From assembly GCA_002269645.1 (NCBI GenBank), contig NIVC01000010.1, positions 1,860,001 to 1,924,000 of the forward strand: 64,000 nucleotides of DNA, in the 5' to 3' direction. The DNA is from Macrostomum lignano. Taxonomy: Eukaryota. Position 1 is the stretch's first letter, and each line of letters opens with the position of its first letter. Positions 1 through 10,962 of this stretch are shown piece by piece. A program made the translations under genes and the position numbers. The notes under the pieces were generated by a model. It was not told the DNA's origin. It made no database searches and saw only the letters and a list, made by a program, of their open reading frames with translations.

Positions 1-116
1 GCAAGTTTTGTTTTTCATGTTGTGTAATTTAGAGCTTATAATAAAAGTTTGTGTCTTGTGATCCTAATTGGCAGAAAAACTAGCATGCTCTTATAGACAA
101 TCACAATATGTGGCCC

Positions 117-1375
117 CCATAGTCAGGATCATGCTAAGTGTGCGCCAGAAGCCCATACTCAAGAAGGTGGCCTGCACGCGGGAATTTTCCCGCGTGCACA
201 AGCCACGCTAAAATTTTGGCGTGCAAAGTTGGCGTGCAAATAGGGGTCTCAAGCCACGTCTAAATTTTCAGCGTACAAGTTTTTTACTTGGCATGTAACC
301 TTGGCATGCAATTACAAACTGACAGTATATCAACAAGTCAGATATAGATGTATACACTATATATATACAATATATAAAGTTAAACGTGAACAATTGAATT
401 TGAATATTGATTAAACCAACTAGTTGAGGCTACAGCCTAGCCTATAGCCAGGCCTACACTCTACAGCCTACATTAAAATTAAAATATCCAATAACTTTTA
501 AACACTCTTATTTTGTGACTCTTGTAGACTTTTAGTTTATTTGTTTCTTGAAATGTGAAGAAAAAGTTTTTGATACTCACTATGTTCTTTGTAGCGAATT
601 TCCTTTTTTTATATAAACTTTGTTTAACGTAAGTAGAAAATTTATTTAAAAATAGTATCTAATACGGTATACACAATTTTTGGCGTACATGATTTTTGGT
701 ATTCAAGATTTTTGGCATGCAACAGAAATGTCATGTTAAGGGTTTAAAAAAATTGGCGTACATCGGCGTGCACCAGGGATTTTTCCATAAATTGATTCCC
801 GCGTGCACTTGCCACCTTCCTGACTATGGCCAGAAGCCACCCCAAAAATTTTTTTGGTGTGCGCCAGCTAGCCTGCCAGGTATGCTAGGCAAAATGCACA
901 AGTGCACCAGGTGCGCCAGTCCTAAATCCTAATTGCAATATATTGTAAGTTATAATGTTTGTGTAATTATAAGTAAAAATTATAAATTGAAGATTTGCAG
1001 ATTAATGTTTTTAATTTCAAAAATAAAGAATAAAAAGGAGAAATAAAACACAATTTAAAGAATATTTTAAATGAAGCAATGGTTGTCAATTGTCATTACA
1101 ATATATTTGCGAAATCATTGTTATATCATTGTTGTGCAAAATTTCATGCTTCATGTACTTTATGTTCTTTGATTTTGTCTTTCGCAATAGCCATGGCACA
1201 GCTTCCTCCAGCCAGTGTGCGCCATGCATGTGCGCCATGCAGTGTGCACCAATTGTATATATGCCAAGGTGTATGCCAGAGGACCTTTTTAAAAATTTTG
1301 TGCACTAAGTGTACGTTAGCTGTCCCAAATGTGCGCCAGAAATTTCTGGCATACATGACATGATCCTGAGTGTGG
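117..1375. mobile_element. Outer related non-autonomous TIR element hosting the 153-829 insertion
   Basis: 17-bp imperfect TIR: ccatagtcaggatcatg (117-133) vs catgatcctgagtgtgg (1359-1375), 2 mismatches. Many subterminal ggcgtgca/tgcgcca motifs. No TSD recognised. Confidence 0.5.
153..829. mobile_element. Non-autonomous DNA transposon (MITE-like) with ~36-bp TIRs and 8-bp TSD (hAT/P-type)
   Basis: Left end ccatactcaagaaggtggcctgcacgcgggaat vs reverse complement of right end ccatagtcaggaaggtggcaagtgcacgcgggaat. Identical 8-bp flanks ccagaagc at 145-152 and 830-837. No coding capacity. Confidence 0.75.
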
Positions 1376-3262
1376 CAAAAAACTAAACTAGGATTTTGCA
1401 ATCTCTATTCCTGCAAAAGCAAAGGCTAGTGTTGTTACTAAAGTGGAGATACTTTGTTACCAAAGTGTATATTACCAAAGTGGGCTCTAGGCTGTCTCTA
1501 AAGAGATATAGCCTAGGCTTTGAAAGATAATTAGGCCTAGGCTAATAATAAGAATATCAATAGAATCAAAAACAATATAGGCCTAGGTGCTAGGCCTAAG
1601 CCTTGACATAATAAATATATAGGTATATTATTAATATTAGGCCTAGGCTAAACAGAATAAAACAATTATAAATTTAAACTTAGACAGTCTTACTCTTAGT
1701 TATTTCATTGATTGATAATAATAATAATAATTAAATTTGCAATTGTAAACCTTTGGTTTGTACACAAGTTTAGTAAGTGTGTAAACACATCTGCCATATA
1801 GTAAAAGTGGGGTAAAACAGGCAAATTTTTTTACTTAAGTATATTTATAGGGTTCTTAGTCATTTCATCATTTGCCATTTCATCATCTAGGATGTCTGCA
1901 GTGCTCACCTTGACTAGGGTTAGTTCGTCATCTTAATTAGCATGCACTACGGTGGCCCCTTAGATCAAATCATTTTTTATTTCCCTGAATAGGCCTATTA
2001 GTTGACACTATGCTAGTGCTTTTGTATTTGTTTGAATTCAGATCAGATGCATAGGTTTGTTTGACTATGGACTTAGTAGGTTAGGCACTCTTTCTACAAA
2101 ATCTTTTGCTTTATTTCTATAGTTTGCTTGTCTTTATTGGCACTTATTAGAAGACAGAGGCCTAGTTTCTTTGCATTTCTTGGTAGCAATTTATGTCAGT
2201 TCTCACAACTAGCCCTCCTTGCTCTGACTACTTTTTTAAAGGAACTTGCCAACAAATATGAATACTTTGTAGCCTTCACTAACTCTACCACTTGCAGAGC
2301 TTTCTTTTTTCTCTTTTGCTTCTTATTCTTTTTGTTATTGCTCTAGCTTCTTGAATCTTATAATTGTTATATTATGCTTTAAAACCACAGTTCATTAGTG
2401 AGTCACTAATTGGAAATGTTTTAACTGACTAACCTTGGCTTGAAAGTCCTAACTAAGTATCAAAATGGCATGCAGTGCTTTTTCTGCAGGCAATTGTGTT
2501 TATTGGTAAAGTTTGATATTAGGAGCTTTAGTAGATTACTAGGTATTTCATGTCTGCATTACTATATGCATTTAAGTATTTACGAGCTAATTTTACTCAT
2601 ACTTAATTAGAAGCCCATAATGTTATGATTCATAGAAAGTGTGCCATCAAAGGCAGTGATTTGTTTGTCAATCTGCAGTATCTAAGCTTCTGCTGCAACA
2701 AAGGCAACAAGTTTTTAATCTAGAATTAAGGTATACAATACCTTGTCTTGTACCTTGTCACTATTTAGATTAGTAAATAATAAACTGGCCTGCAAAACAA
2801 TGAGGACTGCAAGACCTAAGATCTCTTTTAAAAGAGGACTTACCCAAATTGCCATGTGTGGGTGGATAGAAGTCAAGTCCACTTCTTGTTTAAGTATAAT
2901 TGGATACAAAAACTAATTTTGTAGTTTTTCCTATTATAAATTTAATAGACAATCTTTGATAAGTTTTGGATTTTTCAAAACCTTATTACAGAATATAAAG
3001 TATTTTAGCTATTCATTAAAAAAGATGAAAGCATAATCAAAATTCTATAAAAATTTAGCATTCATGATAAAAACTATATAATATGAATTATTTATAATAT
3101 GCTAAAAAATCTGTGTACTATTTATTTGCTTAATTTCTTCAGCTGCTCTTGAAACCATCTGGTTTAAGCATTGTATCTACCAGCAGCTTAAACTATTTTT
3201 GACTCTTAAGAGACTGTCAGCTTGCATTTTGGCTTCTAGTAGATAATACAGCAGCAATTGTC

Positions 3263-3315
3263 ATGCAGTCTGTTACTGGTTCAGAGAGTAATTGCAGCAT
3301 TTCAAATGATGTCAA
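3263..3315 (+). CDS. PAM2 protein coding exon 1 (MQSVTGSESNCSISNDV)
   Basis: ATG 3263, donor aa|GTGAGT, phase 2; upstream acceptor ttcttcag at 3142. Confidence 0.55.
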
Positions 3316-4933
3316 GTGAGTAGAATGTCATTTTTCATATTGTTTTTTTATCTTTTTTGTTTGTGAATTCTTAAAATCTTACTTAGCAATCATTTTCCCC
3401 CTTTAGTCACAATAATCAGGAAAAGACTGTTGCAACAGAGTCAAGCAGTTCTCCAGATATTGCAACTGTGAGTTCCTTTTATTATATATTCTGTTTAGCT
3501 ACTTTGATAAACAAAAAAACTAAGCTTACTAACTCGAAATTAAGGAATTTTTAAGTTTACCTGTCCTTTAGTATCTGATGCATAATGTGTCCTTTAGTAT
3601 CTGAGGTATCAGTGTCCTGCCATCCCTGAAGTATCTGAGGTGTAGGTGTCAGTGTCCTGCCATCCCTGAAGTATCTGAGGTATTAGTGTCCTGCCATCCC
3701 TGAAGTATCTGAGGTGTAGGTGTCAGTGTCCTGCCATCCCTGAAGTATCTGAAATATCAGTGTCCTGCAATCCCTGAAGTATCTGAGGTATCAGTGTCCT
3801 GCCATCCCTGAAGTATCTGAGATATCAGTGTCCTGCCATCCCTGAAGTATCTGAGGTATCAGTGTCCTGCCATCCCTGAAGTATCTGAGGTGTAGGTGTC
3901 AGTGTCCTGCCATCCCTGAAGTATCTGAGGTATTAGTGTCCTGCCATCCCTGAAGTATCTGAGGTGTAGGTGTCAGTGTCCTGCCATCCCTGAAGTATCT
4001 GAGATATCAGTGTCCTGCCATCCCTGAAGTATCTGGGATATCAGTGTCCTGCCATCCCTGAAGTATCTGAGATATCAGTGTCCTGCCATCCCTGAAGTAT
4101 CTGAGATATCAGTGTCCTGCCATCCCTGAAGTATCTGAAATATCAGTGTCCTGCCATCCCTGAAGTATCTGAGATATCAGTGTCCTGCCATCCCTGAAGT
4201 ATCTGAGATATCAGTGTCCTGTCATCCCTGAAGTATCTGAGGTATCAGTGTCCTGCCATCCCTGAAGTATCTGAGGCAAAGTTTCAAATGTCTACAATGC
4301 ATCTCCTAGGTCAAAGCGCCTGACTCAGAGGAGAGCACTAGTGGCAGCGGTGGGTCAGCAGAGATGCAGCAATGTCAGCCAATAGCGGAGAAGCAGCGCA
4401 GTCGGGAAAGTGTCAAAGAGCGTCTGATTAAATTTCAAGAGAATTTCCGTCTAACGGTACCGCCCGAGACGGAGGAGTCGCCGGAGAGGCAGCAGCAGGA
4501 GGAAAAAGCTTTGAATCCTCTAGCAGAAGAGTTCGTGCCGAGGTTGAAGCCGCAGCAACAGCAGCTGCAGGATTTCAGTCAGGCAGTGCCAGCTCATCAT
4601 CAGTTGCTGCCGGCACTGCCGCCTATGTCGCTTCCCTATCAGCATCAGCAGCAGCTTCATCCGACTTCGGTGTTGTATCAGCAGCCTTATCAGCAGTTGG
4701 CTAAGCACCCGGCTACCACTGCTACTCAGTTTGTTTATCACCAGCAGCAGTTTTTCATGCAGCCTAGCCAACAGCAGTTTCCACTGCTTCATCAACAACC
4801 CATCCTGTCTCCCATTGCGCCAGCTGCTGGTCAGCAGCCTGCATTCATTGGCGCGCCAGGCACTACTTTGTACATCTGGGGGCCGCCTGGCTATGCCAAC
4901 TATTCTCTTATGCATCCCTATCAGCAACAGTAA
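3263..4933 (+). CDS. Gln/Pro-rich low-complexity protein with a PAM2 (PABP-interacting) motif, 3 coding exons, ~245 aa
   Basis: Exons 3263-3315, 3407-3467, 4310-4933 join in frame (phases 2, 0) with GTGAGT donors and YAG acceptors. ALNPLAEEFVPR matches the PAM2 consensus LNxxAxEFxP. Confidence 0.7.
3407..3467 (+). CDS. PAM2 protein coding exon 2
   Basis: cccctttag| ... act|GTGAGT, keeps frame into exon 3. Confidence 0.6.
3590..4276. repeat. 34-bp minisatellite filling intron 2 of the PAM2 gene
   Basis: Unit tatcagtgtcctgccatccctgaagtatctgagg, with 40-bp variants carrying tgtagg. Confidence 0.95.
4310..4933 (+). CDS. PAM2 protein coding exon 3 (PAM2 motif, Q/P-rich tail)
   Basis: ctcctag|GTC AAA; in frame with ORF 4364-4933. 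Confidence 0.75.
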   Translation, partial: VKAPDSEESTSGSGGSAEMQQCQPIAEKQRSRESVKERLIKFQENFRLTVPPETEESPERQQQEEKALNPLAEEFVPRLKPQQQQLQDFSQAVPAHHQLLPALPPMSLPYQHQQQLHPTSVLYQQPYQQLAKHPATTATQFVYHQQQFFMQPSQQQFPLLHQQPILSPIAPAAGQQPAFIGAPGTTLYIWGPPGYANYSLMHPYQQQ

Positions 4934-5082
4934 ACAGAGTTTTCAATGTCTTGTTTATATTGTTTTTATAATAATTTGCGTCATTTTTATTTCGCTTACC
5001 TTTGCGTTGCGTAGTGATTGGTAATTTTGCTCTCGAAGTAAGGCTAGCGGCGCTGTGTCTTACCTGAATATTGAGGAGGTGT

Positions 5083-6348
5083 CAGCTGTCTTACTAATGA
5101 TCTGAGGAGAGGGTGTCAGCTGACTAACTGATGCTCTGAGGAGAGGGTGTCAGCTGTCCCACTGATGCTCTGAGGAGAGGGTGTCAGCTGACTAACTGAT
5201 GCTCTGAGGAGAGGGTGTCAGCTGTCCCACTGATGCTCTGAGGAGAGGGTGTCAGCTGTCTCACTGATGCTCTGAGGAGAGGGTGTCAGCTGTCTCACTG
5301 ATGCTCTGAGGAGAGGGTGTCAGCTGTCTCACTGATGCTCTGAGGAGAGGGTGTCAGCTGTCCCACTGATGCTCTGAGGAGAGGGTGTCAGCTGTCCCAC
5401 TGATGCTCTGAGGAGAGGGTGTCAGCTGTCTCACTGATGCTCTGAGGAGAGGGTGTCAGCTGTCCCACTGATGCTCTGAGGGGAGGGTGTCAGCTGTCCC
5501 ACTGATGCTCTGAGGAGAGGGTGTCAGCTGTCCCACTGATGCTCTGAGGAGAGGGTGTCAGCTGTCCCACTGATGCTCTGAGGAGAGGGTGTCAGCTGTC
5601 CCACTGATGCTCTGAGGAGAGGGTGTCAGCTGTCCCACTGATGCTCTGAGGAGAGGGTGTCAGCTGTCCCACTGATGCTCTGAGGAGAGGGTGTCAGCTG
5701 TCTCACTGATGCTCTGAGGGAGGGTGTCAGCTGTCCCACTGATGCTCTGAGGAGAGGGTGTCAGCTGTCTCACTGATGCTCTGAGGAGAGGGTGTCAGCT
5801 GTCCCACTGATGCTCTGAGGAGAGGGTGTCAGCTGTCCCACTGATGCTCTGAGGAGAGGGTGTCAGCTGTCTCACTGATGCTCTGAGGAGAGGGTGTCAG
5901 CTGTCTCACTGATGCTCTGAGGAGAGGGTGTCAGCTGTCTCACTAATGATCTGAGAAGAGGGTGTCAGCTGTCTCACTGATGCTCTGAGGTGAGGGTGTC
6001 AGCTGTCTCACTGATGCTCTGAGGAGAGGGTGTCAGCTGTCTCACTAATGATCTGAGGAGAGGGTGTCAGCTGTCTCACTGATGCTCTGAGAAGAGGGTG
6101 TCAGCTGTCTCACTGATGCTCTGAGGTGAGGGTGTCAGCTGTCTCACTAATGATCTGAGGAGAGGGTGTCAGCTGTCTCACTGATGCTCTGAGGAGAGGG
6201 TGTCAGCTGTCTCACTGATGATCTGAGGGAGAGGGTATCAGCTGACTCACTGATGATCTGAGGAGAGGGTGTCAGCTGTCTCACTGATGCTCTGAGGAGA
6301 GGGTATCAGCTGACTCACTGATTATCTGAGGTGCGGGTGTCAGCTGCC
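5083..6348. repeat. 34-bp minisatellite
   Basis: Unit gtgtcagctgtcccactgatgctctgaggagagg, ~37 copies. Confidence 0.95.
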
Positions 6349-6764
6349 TTGCGTATTTCATTAAATTTCGTATATTTATTCTTAGTTTTAGGCTAGGTTG
6401 GCTTTTTTAAGCAAACAAATATTTTGTGATTCCATACTCTTCGCGTCATTTGTTTCAGTTTCTTTAATCAAATTGCAGCGTATTATTATTATTAAATTTA
6501 AGATTTTATTTGAATTTGAATTTTTTGTTTAAGTGTTCCACCAGATTAAGACAAGTGCACGTGTACTTATAACTTCTGTATGTGTATATGCTTGCATATT
6601 GATTTTTTGCTCTTAATTATATTTTTTCATATTTTGCCTGTAAATCTGCTTGCTTATTTTTTGCAAAGGCCTTCTAATCGTTGTGTATGTTTATATATTT
6701 TAATTAATACATTAAGGAATTAATAATTTAAGGATCTCTGGATCTCTAAAACCAATTGTAAGAA

Positions 6765-7105
6765 TCCAGATCCCAAAATATCCCATTCTAATAATCTAGA
6801 TCCCAAAATCCCATTTTAACAAGCCAGATCCCAAAATCCCATTTTAACAATCCAGATCCAAAAATCCCATTCTAAGAATCCAGATCCCAAAATCCCATTC
6901 TAAGAAGCCAGATCCCGAAATCCCATTCTAAGAATCCAGATCCCAAAATCCCATTCTAAGAATCCAGATCCCGAAATCCCATTCTAAGAATCCAAATCCC
7001 GAAATCCTATTCTAAAAATCCAGATCCCAAAATCCCATTCTAAGAAGCAAGATCCCGAAATCCCATTCTAAGAATCCAGATCCAAAAATCCCATTCTAAG
7101 AATTT
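6765..7105. repeat. 28-bp minisatellite
   Basis: Unit ccagatcccaaaatcccattctaagaat. Confidence 0.9.
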
Positions 7106-8182
7106 AAATAGCAAAGTTTTTCTAATTTATTTAAAGAACCCAGGGAAAAATCTAGTTCCCATTTTTTAAAATCCCAATTCTTTAGTCATATCCCTTTTGA
7201 ATCGAATAAAAGTCAGTAATCATTTGATGCGTTTTATTGGTATAAATTTTAAGCCGAATCGGCTTTGAAACAATTTCAAGAGTTGCAGCATTCAGAAAAA
7301 ATCATTTAACTGCCGTATTTATTGCTGTTTGCTGTCGTTTTTATAAATGTATTTTATTTAATTTTCGTGCTTTTTCATATACCGCAATGCGCTGCTTAAA
7401 GTACTGGTATAATTTGTTCTGTACACCATAGCATTCGTATTTCATACGATGACTCACGCCTTATGGTTGAGTCAACTTTTCTAATCTGTAGTTTTTTAAA
7501 CCCGTGCATTAATTGTTTGAACAGTTTGTTGATAACTGTAACCTGTGGCTCAAGATTTAACTGTATTCACTCAGTTTTAATTGAAGCTATTCAAAAACTT
7601 GAGATAACCTTTTTTAATGTAAACATTTTATTTCTATATGGGTCGATTTGTGTCGGAGAGAAGAAGAGAGCGTATACTAATACATATTAATACGATCTAT
7701 AATTTTTAAGGTCAGACAGGGTTGTCCAGGTATTGTGATGATAAATGTAAGGGTTTGTGAAACTCGGTTCGCTTTCCACCTGTTATTTAAATTAATTTCT
7801 TAATGAAATAAAGATTTTGTCTTAATATTTCAAGTGTCTTTCCAATTTTGTGAATTGCAAAACAAACGGTTATTCTTATTCGCTTGCGTGTGTCACACAT
7901 TGCTGCCATGATTATATGAAAAGCATATAGTTGCCTTTGTTTTGCTGTTTTGTTGCTTTTTCTAATTTTGAAAACGAAAAACCCAGCCATCTGCGATTCA
8001 TTGTCTTTTAATTTCAGTGTGCTAATCATACTACTTATGTGCTAATCATTTACAGCATTCTAATAGTACTAGTATGCTTCTGGTTATTACATTGTAAAAG
8101 CTGTTTTTTCTTTTCAGTTTGTTAATTTTTAATTAGGTGCATTCAAATTTGGTGTTTACAGTTATGTACATTTTAATTGTCC

Positions 8183-8610
8183 AACCCCCAGTGTACATCA
8201 GTCTGACCAACCCCAGCTACCCCTAATGTACATCAGTCTGACCAACCCCAGCTACCCCAAATGTACATCAGCCTGACCAACCCCAGCTACCCCCAATGTA
8301 CATCAGCCTGACCAACCCCAGCTACCCCCAATGTACATCAGCCTGACCAACCCCAGCTACCCCCAATGTACATCAGCCTGACCAACCCCAGCTACCCCCA
8401 ATGTACATCAGCCTGACCAACCCCAGCTACCCCCAATGTACATCAGCCTGACCAACCCCAGCTACCCCCAATGTACATCAGCCTGACCAACCCCAGCTAC
8501 CCCCAATGTACATCAGCCTGACCAACCCCAGCTACCCCCAATGTACATCAGCCTGACTAACCCCAGCTACCCCCAATGTACATCAGCCTGACCAACCCCA
8601 GCTACCCCAA
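8183..8610. repeat. 35-bp minisatellite
   Basis: Unit aatgtacatcagcctgaccaaccccagctaccccc. Confidence 0.95.
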
Positions 8611-9469
8611 TGAAAATGAGAACTGTTACGTAGCTGTAACATAGCTCTCGCATAGGGTTGTTTGATCGTAAATCTATTTATACTTTCCAAGTAGTTGTAA
8701 AACGGTTTAACTATTAAAATTTTTGCTTGCAGTCTGTTGTATGCCACTTTTCTAATATTGTTATCGTTTGCAGGTTATAGAATTAAATAATTGCATACAA
8801 TACACGCTAATTGTGCTTCACATTCGACGTAATCATAAATGAACTACTATTTAATTTTTGTGAAAACTAACTGCAATCCAGTAAATTGCTTGGTTTATAT
8901 GCAATCACAGTGCCGCTTATATATATTCTATAAAAATGTGATAGATGCCACTTCTAATTACTGTAAAAGTGATATCAGTCTGTGTTCTCGAAACAATATA
9001 ATTTGCCTAGCAAAAGCTAAATACATTCAATGTCTACTAAAAGTAGTTAATTAAATTTAAGGAAAACAAGGGCAATCGGGAAATTTACTTGCAACAAGCT
9101 TTGCTTTGTTATTAACTTTTGAGTTATTTTGGCAAGAAATTATTTTATATATTTTCCTCAATATTACGAAACCGCGACCGTACAAATTGATGCATGTACT
9201 AGACATTATAGTTTTATTGGCACATAAGGTTTCAAACAGTTACAAATTTTAGATTATTGAAAAAACGCAAATTGAGCAAATAAGCTGCGATAGGAAACAA
9301 CATTTAATTAACTGGCAGCTTACAATTGTAACTAAGAATGGGATTTGATGCCCTTCTAGGTTTTTTTATTGAATTGAGGTTTACAATTTGCTATTGAAAG
9401 ATTGGTTTCTTACCCCAATCTTTTAAATAGGGACGGGACTCAATACTCATACTCAAGAGTGCAATGAGA

Positions 9470-10537
9470 GGGTAGAGAGCGGAATCTACACGGGTAAAAA
9501 GCGAAGTCTGAAAAAAGTTAGAGTGGAATCTATAAAGAAGGGTAGAGATTGGAGTCTGAGGGTAGAATCTACAAAGGTAGAGACTGGAATCTACAAGGGT
9601 AGAGAGCGGAATCTACAGGGGTAGAGGGCGGAATCTACAAGGGTAGAGGGCGGAATCTACAAGGGTAGAGAGCGGAATCTACAGGGGTAGAGGGCGGAAT
9701 CTACAAGGGTAGAGAGCGGAATCTACAGGGGTAGAGGGCGGAATCTACAAGGGTAGAGAGTGGGATCTACAAGTGTATAGTAGAGAGTGGAATCTCTAAG
9801 GGTAGAGGGCGGAATCTATAAGGGTAGAGGGCGGAATCTACAAGGGTAGAGAGCGGAATCTACAAGTGTAGAGAGCGGAATCTACAAGGGAAGAGAGTGG
9901 GATCTACAAGTGTATAGTAGAGAGTGGAATCTCTAAGGGTAGAGGGCGGAATCTATAAGGGTAGAGGGCGGAATCTACAAGGGTAGAGAGCGGAATCTAC
10001 AAGTGTAGAGAGCGGAATCTACAGGGGTAGAGGGCGGAATCTACAAGGGAAGAGAGTGGGATCTACAAGTGTATAGTAGAGAGTGGAATCTCTAAGGGTA
10101 GAGGGCGAAATCTATAAGGGTAGAGAGCGGAATCTACAAGGGTAGAGGGCGGAATCTACAAGGGTAGAGAGCGGAATCTACAGGGGTAGAGGGCGGAATC
10201 TACAAGGGTAGAGAGCGGAATCTACAGGGGTAGAGGGCGGAATCTACAAGGGTAGAGAGCGGAATCTACAGGGGTAGAGGGCGGAATCTACAAGGGAAGA
10301 GAGTGGGATCTACAAGTGTATAGTAGAGAGTGGAATCTCTAAGGGTAGAGGGCGAAATCTATAAGGGTAGAGAGCGGAATCTACAAGGGTAGAGAGCTGA
10401 ATCTACAGAGGTAGAGAGCGGAATCTACAGGGGTAGAGGGCGGAATCTATAAGGGTAGAGGGCGGAATCTACTAGGGTAGAGAGCGGAATCTACAGGGGT
10501 AGAGAGCGGAATCTACAAGGGTAGCGAGCGGAATCTC
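9470..10537. repeat. 22-bp minisatellite
   Basis: Unit gggtagagagcggaatctacaa, with higher-order variants. Confidence 0.95.
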
Positions 10538-10593
10538 AATGAGACAAATCCAACAGAAACGGAACAGACACAGCGCAGCTGCAGCCGCCCTCA

Positions 10594-10962
10594 TCACATC
10601 AGACAGTCCTCGTAACCGTCGGGAACGTCGCCAGCCACCAGATCTGCCAGATCGCCGCCGGTCTCCATCACGCAGACGCGGCCGTTAGTGATCGGGTGCG
10701 AGTGCGGCGGCGGGGCGGAGACGACAGCTGAGAAAGCCGTCATCGTCTGGTTGATACGGGACCCCGGCGTCAGAGGGGTGGTCGTGTGAGTTGTTGAATG
10801 CTCTCGCTGCTGCGCTATCGTTGGCGGATGAAGCGCTGGCGGCGGCTGCAGAGCAGTGGCCTGGCTGCTGGAGTCCTGCGGCTGTCTCTGGCGAAGTCGG
10901 GAAAGCAGGCGGCTGCGACTCAGACAGCGAAGCAGAGCTGACGACACGGCTGGACGCTGGCG
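10594..10962 (-). CDS. TADA1: TADA1 exon 6 (C-terminal)
   Basis: aatttcag|CGC CAG, phase 0, continues ORF 10594-10947 to TGA. Confidence 0.7.
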   Translation of the reverse strand, partial: RQRPAVSSALLRCLSRSRLLSRLRQRQPQDSSSQATALQPPPALHPPTIAQQREHSTTHTTTPLTPGSRINQTMTAFSAVVSAPPPHSHPITNGRVCVMETGGDLADLVAGDVPDGYEDCLM

